Positions 11,754 to 22,817 of a stretch of 55,106 nucleotides of DNA are shown here, piece after piece (position 1 is the stretch's first letter; every line of letters starts with the position of its first letter). Location of the stretch: contig CAWGJO010000043.1 in assembly GCA_963822945.1 (NCBI GenBank), forward strand, positions 1-55,106, given 5' to 3'. Below the pieces are notes generated by a model. That model saw nothing but the letters and a program-made list of their open reading frames with translations, made no database searches and had not been told where the DNA came from. The translations under genes were made by a program, and so were the position numbers. This DNA comes from an uncultured Gemmatimonadaceae bacterium (GTDB taxonomy: Bacteria; Gemmatimonadota; Gemmatimonadetes; Gemmatimonadales; Gemmatimonadaceae).

Positions 11754-12158
11754 TCAGGCACCTTTGTTCTTGTCGTCCCACAATTTCGGCTCCCAGAGTT
11801 CGATCTTGTTGCCGTCCGGATCCATGATCCACGCAAACTTTCCATTCTCGTGCGATTCGGGTCCCTGGATGACTTCAACACCCCCCGAACGCAGCTGCTC
11901 CAGCATCTCACCGAGGTTGTCCACTCGGTAGTTGATCATGAAGGACGATTTGCTTGGGCTGAACCACTGGCTGTCGTTCGCCGCCACGTGCCACACGGTG
12001 AGACCGCGATCCTCGGCCGTGTCCTCCGGCCATCTGAGGATGGCGCCGCCAAAGTCCTCCAGTGGCATGCCCAGGTGCGTCCGATACCACGCGGCCAGTG
12101 CAGCGCTGTCGCCTGTGCTCTTGAAGAACACGCCGCCTACTCCGGTAATTTTCGCCAT
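11754..12158 (-). CDS. VOC/glyoxalase family protein
   Basis: ITGVGGVFF, FMINYRVDNL, DPDGNKIELWEP. Confidence 0.9.
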   Translation of the reverse strand: MAKITGVGGVFFKSTGDSAALAAWYRTHLGMPLEDFGGAILRWPEDTAEDRGLTVWHVAANDSQWFSPSKSSFMINYRVDNLGEMLEQLRSGGVEVIQGPESHENGKFAWIMDPDGNKIELWEPKLWDDKNKGA

Positions 12159-12233
12159 CGGTCCCCTCCCATTTGTCTGGTCGCACGGTGCCCAACAACG
12201 GTCAGTGCCGGCGGACATGAAGCGCCTCGCCCT

Positions 12234-12722
12234 CTATAATAGGCCCGCCTCATCGGGCCACTCGGCGCGCAGCGCCTGCGTCGCCACCGGATCATCGGCC
12301 ATCAGCTGAAAATCGGCAAACTCGAATCCCGGGCCAACGGTGCAGCCCACGAGTGTATAGGGGCCGAGCGATCGCGCCGCCTGCCAGCGTCCCGCGGCGA
12401 TGACGCACGTGGGCCGAGCGGCAGCGCCGGCGACGGTCGCGAGCCGATGCCGCTCGAGCCGACGTGCGTCCAGATCGAGGTCAAGGACCTCGAGCGGACC
12501 ACCTTCATAGAGATGCCAGACTTCGTCCGAACGGACCCGATGCCAGCGACTCAGCGCGTCGCCAGTGAGCAGGAAGTAGATCGTGGTGAGCGCCGCGCGC
12601 TCACCCCGATCGTCATCCGGCATCACCGTTTTCGCCGAGCGAAACAGCTCCCGATAGAATCCACCCTCGGGATGCGGTTTGAGATCGAGCGTCCGGATCA
12701 GCTCGGCGGCGCGGGCGTGCAT
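12234..12722 (-). CDS. Cupin_5 (DUF985) protein
   Basis: HPEGGFYRE, TTIYFLL, WHRVRSDEVWH, CTVGPGFEF. Confidence 0.9.
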   Translation of the reverse strand: MHARAAELIRTLDLKPHPEGGFYRELFRSAKTVMPDDDRGERAALTTIYFLLTGDALSRWHRVRSDEVWHLYEGGPLEVLDLDLDARRLERHRLATVAGAAARPTCVIAAGRWQAARSLGPYTLVGCTVGPGFEFADFQLMADDPVATQALRAEWPDEAGLL

Positions 12723-12741
12723 CTGTCGGAAGTGAGGCGCG

Positions 12742-13420
12742 CTAGGGATTGGAGAGCAGCTTCACCGCACGCTCGGCAATCGCCTCCATCTGCCGCTCGC
12801 GCTCACGCGCCCAGCGCGGCAACCGGACCAGGTTGGCCCCGAACGCGGCGAGCGCCATTCCGGCGAACATGCCGGCCACCACCAGCGCCTTCCCCGGCTT
12901 GCCGGAGGCGGCGACCACGGCACCCATCAGGATCGACATCCCACCCATCACGACCCCCAGCGCGTTGAGGGCCATGGCGTCGTCCTTGCGCGTGCTGAGC
13001 CGGAGTTGTTCGCCATGCTCGGTCGGCTCACACGGAAATGTGCAGGTTGCCCTGCGACCATTCGCGGAGCCCGCCGGAACGCGTCGCGCGGCCCTGCGTC
13101 TCGAACGTCGTCCGGAATTCAGCAATCAGTTGCTCCCACTCCCGATCCGTTGGGGCTCGCGGAAGATCGACCACCCGCGACACACCGATCGGCAGCCCGA
13201 ACGATCGCCGGATGGGCGCCGGCTTTCCGAGAGCATCGAGACTCGCCGCGGCCTGCACGACCCGCGCCGGCTCGATGCCCGCCTCCTGACCGATGCGCTG
13301 GAGATCATCGAGGGTCAGGCCACCGGACTCGGCGGGGAGCGACCCATCGCGCGGGTCGCCCGTCGTCGCGAGACTGAAGATCTCACGTACCTCGTCGTCC
13401 CCGTATCGACGTGTCGACAT
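12742..13420 (-). pseudogene. Membrane protein, frameshifted near 13030
   Basis: ORF 13028-13420 (LTLDDLQRIGQEAGI) continues in ORF 12742-13125, which has two TMs. Confidence 0.6.
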
Positions 13421-13574
13421 AGTGAGCGATAATACGGTAGCCGGTTCCCCCGCGCCACCGTCCCACCGACGCCTTCAAGCTGCAGCCACCGTCACCGGGA
13501 GCGCGACCGAACGCACCGCAGGAACAGCGGACCGTACCAGCGACCGGTGAGCACTCCTGACATGGTTCGTTGCG

Positions 13575-13772
13575 TTACTTCCTTTTCATGAGATAGGCAG
13601 CGCCGATGACGACGACTATCAAGACAATGATCCAAGGGCCCCATCCGCAACCCATTCCCCATCCGCGCGCAGCGCCCGTCATGTGACCACCTTGACCGCC
13701 GCCCATCTGGGCAAATCCCGCTGCCGGTGTCAACAGAAGTGCTGTCGTTGTTGTTAGTAGTACCTTTCCCAT
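13575..13772 (-). CDS. Small exported/membrane protein, Gly/Met-rich
   Basis: Signal-like N-terminus, C-terminal TM, RBS GAGAGG. Confidence 0.55.
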   Translation of the reverse strand: MGKVLLTTTTALLLTPAAGFAQMGGGQGGHMTGAARGWGMGCGWGPWIIVLIVVVIGAAYLMKRK

Positions 13773-13853
13773 TGTAACCCTCTCAAGTGGGAATCCGGCC
13801 ATCGAACGGCAGCGCTTAGGCGCTGCCGCGCCTTCACCCAGAAGTGTCGTCCG

Positions 13854-14171
13854 TTACCGCGTATCCAACCGCCCGAGAGTGCTGTCGAGGGAATGCTTCA
13901 ACTTCTCGATCGCGCCGTCGACGGCCTGGTCCAGCGTCGCCGCCTCATAGCTCACCGCGATTGGCTGAAGGCCGGCGAGCCGGGCCTCCAGCAGGCAGCG
14001 CTTGTCCTCGGTGCCGACCTTCTTGTCGCTGTTCTCGTCGCTGAGGTGGACCTCCACCCGTGTGATCTGCGCGCCGAACCGATCCAACGCGTCCCTCACC
14101 ACCGCTTCCACCTGTTGAGCCAGCCGTTCGTTACCCTCGATATTGCTATCGGTGTTGATCTGAATCTGCAT
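13854..14171 (-). CDS. HPF/RaiA family ribosome-associated protein
   Basis: MQIQINTD, ITRVEVHLSDEN, DKRCLLEARLAG. Confidence 0.85.
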   Translation of the reverse strand: MQIQINTDSNIEGNERLAQQVEAVVRDALDRFGAQITRVEVHLSDENSDKKVGTEDKRCLLEARLAGLQPIAVSYEAATLDQAVDGAIEKLKHSLDSTLGRLDTR

Positions 14172-14338
14172 GAGTTCGTCTTCCTGTGGCTACGGTTACC
14201 CTCGAAGACCTTGATCTCCTTTCGGTTCACGCCGAGCCCGTGACAGAGGCCGGGTGACTGAAGGATACGCCTCAAGGGTCTGTCGGCGAAGCGACATCTT
14301 TCGCCACGTGCGTTGCCGTCTCGAGCGGTCCGGCATGT

Positions 14339-15157
14339 TTAGACCTCGTCTCGCACCTGCGCGTAGGTGAGCACGGCGAACATCCCAGTACCTCCCAGGG
14401 CATTGCCGAGAAAGGCCGGCAGGATTCCATGACCCACGGCCGCGAACGCACCGAGATCCCCGTGCAAGACCAACACGAACAACTCAGTGGAACCTACGAC
14501 CACGTGGGACAGGCCGCCGAGCCCGATCATATAGGTCAGGATCAGGATCGCGAGCACCGCTCCAGCACCGTCCATCCCCGGCAAGATCCACACGATCGCG
14601 GCAATCAGAAACCCGGCCGGCATACCCCAGGTTAAATATTGGGCGGCGGTGGCGCTCCCATAGTGCCGCGCGATCGTCAGGATGCTCTCCAGATGTGGCG
14701 CGGGGACGATATGCCCAAAGACCAGCAAGGCCGCGGCCAGCAAGCAGCCCGTCATGTTCGCGCCAAAGACGATCCCCCAGAGGCGCACCGTCCGCAAGAA
14801 GTTCTTGCGCGTTGGGTGGTGGAACAGCGAGAGGATCGGTGTAACGGTGTTTTCCGTGAATAGTTGCATCCGGCCGAGGATAACGATGAGAAATCCGACC
14901 GGATACCCGAGGCTGACCACGGCAGGGGTCCAGGGCGCGTCGGGCAGGAATGTCCGGAGAAAGCCCATACAGACCAGCGACAAGCTGATGGCGACCCCGG
15001 CGGTGACGCCCGACCACCAGAGCGCACCAAACGAGCGGGACAACTCATGGTCGCCCTAGGTGCGGATCGCTTCATAGATGACGGAGGTCTTGACGCCCGT
15101 CATCTCCTCGGCCTGGGCGCGCTCCTCTTTATCCAGCGCCGATCGCTTCTCTGTCAT
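14339..15157 (-). pseudogene. Formate/nitrite transporter family (YfdC-like) with in-frame TAG at 15058-15056
   Basis: IYEAIRT*GDHEL, LGRMQLFTENT, HVVVGS. Confidence 0.75.
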
Positions 15158-15267
15158 CGCTGACCGTGTTCCGGGGAACTTTAGCGCCTCTCGGCTCGAC
15201 CATTCGTCGATCTGCGGACCATCGAGCCGGACACCAGCCACGCCGGGACCGCCGCGACGACTGCGAA

Positions 15268-16881
15268 TCAGCCGGGATTGCGCGCGAACTCCCGCTGCCA
15301 CGCCGCCAGAATATCCGTCAGCCCCTCGGCCGGCTCCTGCCCGGCCTCCCAGTCGTGCGGCGAACCGGCCGCCAGCAAGAGCTGTCCCACCGCCGCATGG
15401 TCGCGCCCGTCGCGAGTGTCGCGCCCGTCGCGCCCATTAGGTCCGTGCATACGCGCCCCCTCGGCGGCCCACACCAGCGGCTGCCCGTGGAATTCGCGGT
15501 CGCGCACCGTCACCGACGCCCCGTGCGCCAGCAGCATGCGCACCGCATCGGGCCACCCTTCCATCGCTGCCGCGTGCAGCGGCGTCTTGCCGATCTCGTC
15601 GTCGCCGCGGTTGATGTCGAACCCGCACAACAGGAGCACGTCCAGCGCCGCCGCATCGCCCCGCTCCGCCGCCTGGATCAACACCAGATAGTGCTCCGGC
15701 GCGATCTCGTCGCGAAGCTGCGGGCGAGCGGCGAGCATCGACTCCGCCGTCGGCCGATCGCCGCGGCTGCATGCCGCCACCAGTCGGTCCACGTCCGACA
15801 CGTCGTCCGACGCCCCGTGCGCCAGCAGCCAGTCGGCCACGGCGCTGTTCCCATTCAGTGTCGCGACGGCGAACGGTGACCGTCCGTCGGCACGGCGACG
15901 CGTGACGTCGGCGCCCCGCGCCACCAGCCGCTCCACCATTTCCACGTCCCACCCACGCGCCGCCATGTGCAACGGCGTCTCACCGTTGGCATCGAACACC
16001 GGGTCGGCGTCGGCGCCATGGTCGAGCAGCCAATAGATCCCTGCTGGTGTGCGCGACCACTGCATGATCGCGTAGAGTGGCGCGGCTCCGTCGGTGGCCC
16101 ACGGGTGATTCACGTCCACGCCGTACTTGAGCAGCAGGTCGAGCGACGGGATCATGCCGCCCGACGCCGCGATGGGCAGCGTCACACCGTCGCTGGGATT
16201 CGCTCCGGCCTCCAGCAGCACCTCGGCAAGTTCCAGATTGCGCGTCGAGCAGACGGCGCCCCACAGGACCGGACGATGCACTCCATGGTGCAGCCAGGGC
16301 ACACGCGTGTTCGGGTCGACGCCGAGCGCGATGAGTTGGCGGCCGATCGCCACGGCGCCCTCGCGCCGGGCGTCGGAGTCGGAGCGCAGCGCATTGTGGC
16401 AGAGGTAGACGATCGGCGGCCACTCGCGGGGGCCGCCCGCCTTCGTGGCGAGCGATGGATCCTTGGCCAGCCGCACTTCCACCGCGGCGGCGTCGCCCAC
16501 CAGCAACTCGGTGTGAAAGTTCGCGCCGGCGATCCCGGCGTGCAGCGCCAGCAACCGTTCGGCGCGGTCGGTGCGTTCGTCGGTGCACGCCTCGATGAAC
16601 TGCGTCACCGCGGAGCCGAATTCGAGGGTGAGTTCCTCCACGCGTTCGCGCAGGGCATTCCACGAGTCGAAACCGAGTTCGCGCGCGATCACCGACTGGG
16701 CGTCGTGCAGGGCCACCGGCGCACGCGCAAGTTCGTCGTCGGAGCTGGCGGCGAAGGCGGGGAGCGTGCGGAAGCGCGCGAGCGCGGCGGGGTCTCCGGC
16801 GGTGCCGGAGCGGAGCAGGTCCTTGGCCTGGCGCTTGAGCTGGTCGAGGCTGGGACGTGCGGGTAGCTGCTGGGCCGTCAT
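15268..16881 (-). CDS. Ankyrin-repeat protein with LPxRPxLxxLKxQAK N-terminal domain
   Basis: GETPLHMAA, GKTPLHAAA and LL..GA repeats; RBS GGAGGT. Confidence 0.85.
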   Translation of the reverse strand: MTAQQLPARPSLDQLKRQAKDLLRSGTAGDPAALARFRTLPAFAASSDDELARAPVALHDAQSVIARELGFDSWNALRERVEELTLEFGSAVTQFIEACTDERTDRAERLLALHAGIAGANFHTELLVGDAAAVEVRLAKDPSLATKAGGPREWPPIVYLCHNALRSDSDARREGAVAIGRQLIALGVDPNTRVPWLHHGVHRPVLWGAVCSTRNLELAEVLLEAGANPSDGVTLPIAASGGMIPSLDLLLKYGVDVNHPWATDGAAPLYAIMQWSRTPAGIYWLLDHGADADPVFDANGETPLHMAARGWDVEMVERLVARGADVTRRRADGRSPFAVATLNGNSAVADWLLAHGASDDVSDVDRLVAACSRGDRPTAESMLAARPQLRDEIAPEHYLVLIQAAERGDAAALDVLLLCGFDINRGDDEIGKTPLHAAAMEGWPDAVRMLLAHGASVTVRDREFHGQPLVWAAEGARMHGPNGRDGRDTRDGRDHAAVGQLLLAAGSPHDWEAGQEPAEGLTDILAAWQREFARNPG

Positions 16882-16906
16882 GTAACCTCCATGCTGAATG
16901 CCAGCG

Positions 16907-17039
16907 GTCCGCAAGCCGGCCAGCACGGAGACAGCCGTGCAGTCATTCGATCGGGAGGGGTGGACTCAGTCCTTCGCGCGGACCCGCGGGCGCCCCAGGC
17001 GCACGCTCGAATGTTGAAAAGGACCGCCGATCAAGTCAA
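16907..17039 (-). promoter_or_regulatory. Putative promoter plus conserved structured 5' leader (copy 1)
   Basis: TTGACT-N18-AACATT, GCGCC hairpin, GTCCGC-GCGAA-GGAC-TGA-GTCC-ACC...GCGGAC; shared with 29632-29767. Confidence 0.6.
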
Positions 17040-17286
17040 GCGCCGGCGGCAAGCATTGTCAGGCCGGTGCTGCCCGGCGGTTGCGAGCCGATGGGCCGCC
17101 CGGGCAGTTGACGTACGACAGGGCGCGGTAGTTCCAGGTCGTTCGGCGGCTGGTTACGCGAGTCCCCCCGTCTCGCATGCTTCGACGGTGGCGACCCGGC
17201 CGGCCGATCGGAGGCGCCGCGGTAGACGAATACGTTCTGTCCGCCAAGCTGGACTGGCTGCCCGCATCCGGCGACTGCGACCTCGC

Positions 17287-17595
17287 TCATTCGGCGAGCT
17301 GAAAACTGATGGCCTGAGCACCATCCCTGAGCAATCTGGTCCCAACGTCGGCGAGCCCGCCGCGTTCGTCGAGGATCGTCAGAAAGTGGTTGCCCGCCAG
17401 TTGGCCGACGCGGCTGGAGAAACGCGTACCGCCGTACGGCACCAACAGCTCGGCCTCACCGCTCCAGCGCGCCTGGACGAGGTGACCTTCAAAGGGAAGG
17501 CGCGCCAGAAACGCGGCCGTGGTCCGTGGGGCGCGTTCGGATTCGAGCGTCGCCGTGAACGACGTCGGACCGATGTGTACGGTCAGCACGGTCAT
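17287..17595 (-). pseudogene. DUF3830 (cyclophilin-like) protein with probable internal deletion
   Basis: APRT..LP..QARWSGE joined directly to ELLVPYGG..SRVGQLAGNHF. Confidence 0.6.
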
Positions 17596-17608
17596 GGTGC
17601 GCCACATC

Positions 17609-17870
17609 TCATGGAGTTCCGCCTGGCCGCGGTTGCCGAACGATATCTACTGAAATCTCCACCGCCGCCGTGGTGCCTCTATTCTCGAGCCAGTGCGTGG
17701 TGTGCTTGTCCTCGGGCCAGCCCAGTCCCGGCCCATACGCCGTGGACACGCCGTTGCGATGGTCGGTGATCGTTCCCTGCAGTACGTAGACCATGCCCGG
17801 CCGGTCCGTGTGGTCGTGCACCGGACCGAACACGCCGCCCGGTTCGATGGTCACCATGCGCATCCGCCGG
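17609..17870 (-). pseudogene. 5'-truncated cupin, paralog of 22452-22796
   Basis: MRMVTIEPGGVFGP.HDH..WPED..HWLENRGT; N-terminal ~30 aa absent. Confidence 0.75.
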
Positions 17871-18041
17871 CGCGTGAGCGCGGCGAGCCGGCCCCCGCGC
17901 GCTGGTTGGCACTCCTATGGGACGTCCCACGTTACCCCGCCGCAACTCCGGCACCCCGCAACCGGTCTTGCGCGGGGGCAAAATCCGCACAAGAGTTGGG
18001 AGTCGCCCGCAGCCTCCTATCCCCCCATCAGGAGTTGCCGG

Positions 18042-18942
18042 ATGTCTACCCATCCCCTCGCTCGCGCCTCGCGCGTCCCGATCCTCCTCGCGCTCACGCT
18101 CCTCGCCGTATCGCCGGCCCCCGCCCAGCCCCAGGTGGGTGGATTGATTCGCAGGGCCAAGCAGGCCCTCCAGAAACCGGCGGACTCGTCCAGCAACGTC
18201 AAGGGCAAGGCATTCACCGAGACGTCGATCACGGCCCTGCTCAAAGGACTCCGAGCGGCTTCGGCCAAGGCGAAGTGAGCGCGACGCCCTCCGCGCGCAA
18301 CAGCAGGCCAAGCAGACCCGCCTCTCCGCGCTGCTGGAGCAGCACCCCGAGCAGGAGGTGGACCACTACAATGACGTCTCCCAACGGGCCAGAAACTGCC
18401 AGGACGATTTCTTCGACAAGCGGGAAGAGGGACACGACGCCACGGCGAGGGCCGCCGGCATGTCGCTCATGGCCGATCCCGCCAAGCAGCAGAAGTATAT
18501 TCAGATACAGTCCACGTATTCCCAGCAGATTCAGGCGGCGCAAGCCAGGGGCGACACGGCCGCCGCCGCCGCACTCACGATCAAGCAGTTCAACGAGATC
18601 GCGAAGCTGCTCGGCGTCGACTTCCATGCGGATACCGTCGCGGCAATCAAGGAATGCGGACCGGTGCCCGACAAGCCGGCCTGGCTCGTCGAGCAAGAAG
18701 CGCTGCGCTCGGAGATCGACAAGCTGGGCGGCCAGATCCGTGATGCCGAATTCGGCATGCAGCAGGTCGGCGCCAAGGAGAGCGGCATGACGCCTAAGGA
18801 TTACGCGCTGGCCCGCGAGCGCGTGCTCCAGTGGCTGACCGCGTCCGAGAACGGCAACACGCCGTCCGGCTTCAGCCCCGAAGAGCACAAGGCGCTCTCG
18901 GCGCATCGCAACGACTTCAACCAGGTCAAGAACGCGCTGTGA
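18042..18942 (+). pseudogene. Secreted helical protein, frameshifted near 18272
   Basis: RBS AGGAG, signal peptide, continuation in ORF 18358-18942. Confidence 0.55.
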
Positions 18943-19907
18943 CCCGCCGGCTGCGCGCCGCGCTGACGCTGCTCGTCGTCGGCAGCGGCGCCGCGGCCTG
19001 GGCACATTCGTCGGCGCCGGCCGATGCCCGCGAGCCGGTATCCGCCCGGCGGGCGCTCCCGATGTCCACGCTCGCGCTCCGGCACGGGAGCGGCTGGCGC
19101 GTGTGGTGGCGCTCGGACCGCGCTCCCACGCACTGGATGGATTCCGCCACGGTCCTGGCGCGCGCGATCACCTGGCACGCGGCGGGCGCGGGCCTGGAGT
19201 GGGGCGACGTGCTCCTGGCGGGATCCGGCGAGGCATGGCGGACGCGGCTCGTCGTGGCACGCGTGGACCCGCGGCGATTTCGCGTTCGACTGGACACCGC
19301 ATTCTCGCGCGACGGCTCCGCCGCGTGGCGCCTCGACCGGGCGCCGCCGGATGCCGCCGTCGCCCTGAATGCCGGTCAGTTCCTGCAGTCCATGCCCTGG
19401 GGCTGGGTGGTGCTCGATGGACACCAGTTCCTGTCGCGCGGCAAGGGTCCACTCACCACCGCCGTGGTGGTGGACTCCGACGGCGTGTTCCATTGGATTC
19501 ATGGCGACACCCGGGTTCCTGCGGGCATCGCCGTGGCGTTCGCGTTCCAATCGTACCCGACGCTGCTGCGCGGTGGCGACGTGCCAGCCGACCTTCAGGC
19601 GGCGGGCGGCATGCTCGACGTGGCACACCGGGACGCGCGGCTGGCACTCGGCGCCTTGCCCGACGGCCGCATCGTGGTGGCCATGACCCGTTTCGACGCA
19701 TTCGGCTCCGGCCTCGGCTTCGTCCCCTTCGGCCTGACGACGCCCGAGATGGCGGCGGTGATGGGAGCACTGGGCGCGCGCGACGCCGTGATGCTCGACG
19801 GAGGGATCTCGGCGCAACTGCTCCTGCGCAGCGGCGCCCCCGGCGGCGAGCAGCGGTGGCCCGGACTGCGGTCCGTTCCCCTGGCCATGGTGCTCACGCG
19901 GCGGTGA
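18939..19907 (+). CDS. Phosphodiester glycosidase (NAGPA/DUF2233) family protein
   Basis: ALNAG, RLALG, AVMLDGGIS; start overlaps the upstream stop (GTGA). Confidence 0.7.
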   Translation: MTRRLRAALTLLVVGSGAAAWAHSSAPADAREPVSARRALPMSTLALRHGSGWRVWWRSDRAPTHWMDSATVLARAITWHAAGAGLEWGDVLLAGSGEAWRTRLVVARVDPRRFRVRLDTAFSRDGSAAWRLDRAPPDAAVALNAGQFLQSMPWGWVVLDGHQFLSRGKGPLTTAVVVDSDGVFHWIHGDTRVPAGIAVAFAFQSYPTLLRGGDVPADLQAAGGMLDVAHRDARLALGALPDGRIVVAMTRFDAFGSGLGFVPFGLTTPEMAAVMGALGARDAVMLDGGISAQLLLRSGAPGGEQRWPGLRSVPLAMVLTRR

Positions 19908-19994
19908 CGGCGGACCGGGTCGAGGCCGGTCTCGGTCGGCACGGCGCGCACTACTGGCACGAACACCGTCGACGCGAAGCGGCCGCAATCGCCG

Positions 19995-20781
19995 TCAGCT
20001 CGCGACCCGCAGGATTTCCGGCATTCGCTTCTGCGCGGCTTCGTACCCCGCCGCCTCGATCGCCGCGGTGTGCTGCGAATCGAACAGGCCATACGCGTTG
20101 AGGCCGTCCGGTATGACGACCACGTCGCACTCGGCGAAGCGCTCGCGCGCATGCGCGAACATGCCGATGTCGAATGCCCGGGCGACCACCTTGAGCGACG
20201 AGTCCAGCTCGCCGGGCTGCACGTCGTGAATCGGACTCAGGTACGATCCGAGAATCGCGTCGCACCGTTCGGCCAGCAGCCGCGTGGGAAAGTTGTCCAC
20301 CACGCCGCCGTCCGTATACCACCGCCCGTCGATGATCGTCGGGGAGTAGACCATCGGCAACGACGCCGAGGCGAGCAGCGGCAGCACCAGCGGCCCGGAG
20401 TCGAACACCGTCGCCTGGCCGCTCAGCAGGTCCGTCGCCACCACGTAGAGCTTGCGGGTGAAGCGCCTCGAACCGGTCGTCGGGCAGGTAGCGCCGGAAC
20501 AGCGGTTCGAACTTCATCGAGTCCAGCAGCCCCGGCTTCCGGAGCGTCACTCGCCCCAGCGAGGCGGGATGGAGTTCCCTGAAGAACTCGACCATTCGCT
20601 CCGGCGTGTGCCCGGCCGCGTAGAGCGCCCCGACCAGGGCGCCGGCGCTCGCGCCCGCGACCACGGCCGGCTCGATCCCATGCTCCAGCAGCGCGCGCAG
20701 CACGCCGATGTGCGCGGCGCCGCGCGAGCCGCCGCCCGACAGGGCGAGTCCGATGGTTTTGGGCGGGTGGCTGGATGGCAT
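19995..20781 (-). pseudogene. Patatin-like phospholipase, frameshifted near 20457
   Basis: [17 protein letters not shown] split across two frames. Confidence 0.85.
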
Positions 20782-20980
20782 GCGGGAACGTTACACGCCG
20801 ACTGTGGCGCGCGCTTGCCGAAGCCGCCTCCCCGAACGTCGCCTTGCCGGGAGCAAATTGGTCGCTGTCCGCCGACGCGATGGACCAGGCGGTCGTTCCA
20901 GCGACGGGCTGCTCATCGGCGTCGGTCCACAGGGAGGCTTCACCGCCTCGATGGTGGCGATGTCGATCTTCTTCACTACC

Positions 20981-22398
20981 CTACCCTGCGCGGCCGGCGG
21001 CGCGCCAACGCCCCACCGCGTACGTCCCCGCGCCGCTTACCACCAGCAATGCGCTCAGCCCCACGACCTTGAGCACGTAGCGATCCGGATGCGGCTCGTC
21101 CGCCGGTGGAATCGCCGCCAGCACCACGGCCACCGCCGACGTGAAGAACCCCACCGCGCCGCAGACTATCGCCGCCGGCTTCCCACCGGGCACCCGGATG
21201 ACCTCCGGGCCCGCCGGTTCGCGCTGCAGACGGATCATTGCCGGGAACATCACGAGATACGGCAGGAAGTACGCGATGATGCCCAGACTCACCAGGATGT
21301 CGTACGCCTTCTTCGGCGTCTCGCCGGCCTGACCCAGCACCGCGCAGAGCGCCGCCACGCCCACCTGCAGAAGCAGCGCCACGTACGGCGTGCCGAAGCG
21401 CGGGTGCAGCTTCCCGAACGCGCGCGGCAGATAGTGATCGATGCCCGCCACGAACGGCAGCCGCGCCGGCGCCGCCAGCCACACGCCCACTCCCCCCATG
21501 GCGCTCAGCACGATCAGCGCCGCCGCGAACGGCCCGAGCCCCGGCACGCCCACGCGGTCGCCCGTGCGCACGATCGCATCCATGATCCCCTGCAGTCCGG
21601 TGGCCTGCCCCTGCGGCAGCGCCAGCAGAATGGCCAGGGTGCCCAGGATGTAGATCGCGGGGATGATCAACCCCGCAATCAGCACCGCGCGCGGCACGGT
21701 GCGCTGCGGGTCCTCGATCTCCTCGCCCATGAACGAGCCGGCCTCGAGTCCGCTGTAGCCGAACGCCAGCGTGGCCCAGAAGATCATCTCCTTGAACCCC
21801 ATGCCCGGCACCAGACTGTCCATCGTGATCGGCGTCGCCGCCCCGTATTTCGCCGCCGCCACGAACCCCATCACCACCAGCACCGCCATCGGAATCCACG
21901 TGGCGATAGGCGCCGATGTTCGTGAGCCACTTTCCGAACTGCAGGCCCGACGATGTTGAGCGCGGCGGCCAGCAGCAACCCGGCCAGAGAGAACGTGATG
22001 AAGTAGGTCGCCGCTGGTCTGCAGATGGGCGAAGCGCGGTGCCGAAGATGTAGAGCGCCGAGCTGGCCGTGAAGTACAGGAGGCCCGGCAGGTAGCTGAG
22101 GTTCGAGCCCCAGTACGTCCAGCCGGTCATGAACCCCGCGAAATCGCCGAACGCCTGCTTGGTCCAGACGTAGATGCCGCCTTCCTGCGGATACCGCGAG
22201 GAGAGCTCGAGCACCGTGAACGCCAGCGGAACGAACAGGCGCGACGGCGCCGAGCACCCAGACGACGAGCGAACTGGGGCCCGCCGCCGCGGCCACCGCC
22301 ACCCAGCGCATGCCCACCACGCCCACCACATAGAACAGCACCAGGTCGCGCAGGCGGAGGACGCGGCGCAGTCCTGGTCCTTCGGTCGATTCGCTCAC
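20981..22398 (-). pseudogene. APC-family amino-acid permease with several frameshifts (~21900-22250)
   Basis: LRRVL, ELSSRYPQEGGIYVW, GEEIEDP, FGKLHPRFGTPY in different frames. Confidence 0.8.
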
Positions 22399-22451
22399 GG
22401 ACTCTCCAGTGTTGGGGCGCGTGCGTGGCCCGAGTGCGATCGGGCCTCCAA

Positions 22452-22796
22452 TCAGTCCTGCCTGACGATATCGACCGAGATCTCGACCGCCGGGATCGTT
22501 CCCCGGTTCTCGAGCCAGTGCAGGGTGTTCCTGTCCTCGGGCCAGCCAACGCCCGGCCCATAGTCCGTGGCGACGCCGTCTCGATGGTCGGTGATCGTTC
22601 CCTGCAGGATGTAGACGATGCCCGGCCTGCCCTTGTGGTCGTGAAGCGGGCCGAAGACGCCGCCGGGCTCGATGGTCACCATGCGCATGCGGAGCTGGCG
22701 CCCCGCCATGCCCTCGATCTCGGGGCCGAGGTCGACCGTCGCCAGCAGCTGCACCGCAACACCCTTCGTCTCGGGTACCACCTGTTCGTTGCTCAT
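22452..22796 (-). CDS. Cupin domain protein
   Basis: HDHKGRPGIVYILQG, HWLENRG; RBS GAGGAG. Confidence 0.85.
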   Translation of the reverse strand: MSNEQVVPETKGVAVQLLATVDLGPEIEGMAGRQLRMRMVTIEPGGVFGPLHDHKGRPGIVYILQGTITDHRDGVATDYGPGVGWPEDRNTLHWLENRGTIPAVEISVDIVRQD

Positions 22797-22817
22797 CGGA
22801 GTCGTCTCTCTCCTCTC

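Noticed and set aside
12183..12232. Possible collapsed attC (CGAGGCGCT...GTTGGGC) between the cupin and VOC genes
   Set aside because: Too short and without a recognisable L-box pair; suggestive only.
13807..13829. Perfect hairpin CGGCAGCGC-TTAG-GCGCTGCCG
   Set aside because: No U-tract or attC boxes; function not assignable.
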